The notes beneath the pieces were generated by a model that saw only the letters and a program-made list of their open reading frames with translations, searched no databases and had not been told where the DNA came from. Positions 47,313 through 64,000 of a stretch of DNA of 64,000 nt are shown piece after piece. The stretch spans positions 8,593,093-8,657,092 of the forward strand of contig CAVNZM010000004.1 of assembly GCA_963693365.1 (NCBI GenBank). Direction: 5' to 3'. Source of the stretch: Amoebidium appalachense (taxonomy: Eukaryota > Protista > Ichthyosporea). Every line of letters starts with the position of its first letter. Position 1 is the first letter of the stretch. The translations under genes and the position numbers were made by a program.

Positions 47313-49109
47313 TATACGGAGATAATGTGAAGTTTCATGGCTGCTTGTGAGATGTTCAAGGTATTACTTTTTACCCCTGTATGGATGTGAAGATGTAGTG
47401 GTCATTGAAGGATCCCAAACCGAACTAAAATCATGGATTCGATAAGTTTATCATACCTAGCTTGTGTATCAGAGAACCTGTATGCGAATCCGAACGTTAG
47501 TTAAGTAACTCTGTTCTGGATATCAGAATAGAAGAACATATTTAACAAATTGTAGATGTCATATCTCGTATGGCAAGCGCAGCTGTCATTGGCTGCGCTT
47601 GCCCGTCGTAGCCTTAATGATCAGGGTAAAGTATTTGGGTTCTTTCTGTTATGTTTCCCTTTCCGTCCTTTTTTCCTTTCTTTTTGAATAGAACTGGTTG
47701 TATGCCACTGGTGCTGTCGGAGGCCCTCCGGAGTGGCCAAGTTGGCAGTTGTTTGATCCTCCTACACTTCTATTATGTCCACTTTTTCAATATTTTGTAT
47801 GTAGTAGAAAGTTTTTTTTGATTGTTACCGGTAGTACAAAAAAAGGGTATCATTGCTCAAATCAAACGTTATCTGTATTTTCAGTTTCTCTGTTTATCAA
47901 ATTTATTTTAAACTGTACATTTTTACTTCTTACATAAAAACTCTAAACAAAACCTTGCAAGATTTTGAAAGTTTGAAGTTTGGATATTTTGGCAGTCACA
48001 ACTCCCCCCTTATAAGTGTAGGAGGCTTGCTGCTGCACGAAGGTATCCAATAGGAAAGTTGCCACTAGTACACCCTAAACTTCATACTGCCGGGCTTGAC
48101 TGGCCTGGGCCAGCTGGTCCCATCTCCCTGGCACTTGTTTCATATGTGTGTAAGAAGCCTTAGCATCTATTGAAAATAAGCATCGGCGGAAGATCTAGAA
48201 AATAAATACAAGGTGCATTGCTAAATTTCGTACACTTTTAGAAGTAACGGTCGTAAGTCTGTAGCGTGATCTATTTGACCTTGACTCTCAGTAGGAGAAA
48301 ATTTCCTAACTTAAATTGCATCTCCTGGAACCGCCATAATTTACATATGATATGTATATTTGTATGAGTATATACATATATATATATATATATATTCATG
48401 CTTATATATATTACCATGCACATGCTATTGAATAACTCCTAATGTCTTTCTATTGTCTGCTAGCATCCAGTGTGTACTTGCAACCATATCGGTTGATTTA
48501 ATCCAATTCAAACATTTCAAGTGAAAAGAAAAATTATACGTAAACAAACCCTGCAAAAATAGTAGTATATGGGGATCTGCCATGGTACCGTCTGAGCCAA
48601 TCGATCGCACCGTGCACTTTGACACAGCAAGCATGCACACAGTCACCGCACCACTTTTGAAAAGCCTCAACGGGCACACTGGTGCCAGGCCCTAAAACCA
48701 TATGCTGAGTACATACGTAGCAGGCGACTAGCCTAAAACACTTCCATACATACTCAGTATATGTAAGCTTATTTTTTTTTAGGTGGAATCTAGAAGAAAG
48801 ACAAGATATAGGAAGCACACATTTTAGAGCTCGATCAAGTTTTGCACAGCATCCACCTGCCAGGGCCTGATTCTTTCAGCTACGGCATCTTAACCGTATG
48901 ACAGTTGTCTAGAATCTCAGCTACAAATTTATGAGCTGACAAAGACACCTTATCTTTCAGGACTGATATAAGATTAGAGTCATCTTACCTTAGAATATAG
49001 TGGTCTACCCTGAACAACACAACCCATCGGCTTCACGGAAATCCAACTCATGGATAGAGCGCTCCATTCTACTCTAGATCTGATGCACTGTTAGCGTGCA
49101 GTAAGAGCC

Positions 49110-64000
<14,891 letters not shown>

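Overview
Eukaryotic genomic DNA with many introns, and very rich in C/G homopolymers and (CA)n/(GA)n microsatellites. Nearly all ORFs in the supplied track are low-complexity artefacts, and the real genes must be spliced by hand. Gene content suggests a unicellular holozoan such as an ichthyosporean (inference only). From left to right: a secreted LamG/ConA-domain glycoprotein running off the window start (-); a small secreted Cys-rich peptide precursor (+); a proteinase K-type S8 subtilisin (-); a six-exon, ~1540-aa DDE/DxxH transposase-like gene with a WRN-type 3'-5' exonuclease inserted in its catalytic domain (+); an augmin HAUS5 homologue over ~20 kb, possibly degenerate (+); and the 5' part of a myosin-X-like gene (+). 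HAUS5 introns contain a 5'-truncated Naiad/Chlamys-type Penelope-like retroelement and co-oriented, 5'-truncated copies of its apparent 3' end, each ending GCATTCAA(A) at a poly-C tract. That 3' end carries a ~160-nt covarying, apparently pseudoknotted RNA structure I cannot assign to a known family; it is the best novelty candidate. All structures and alignments were made by eye and no searches were run.
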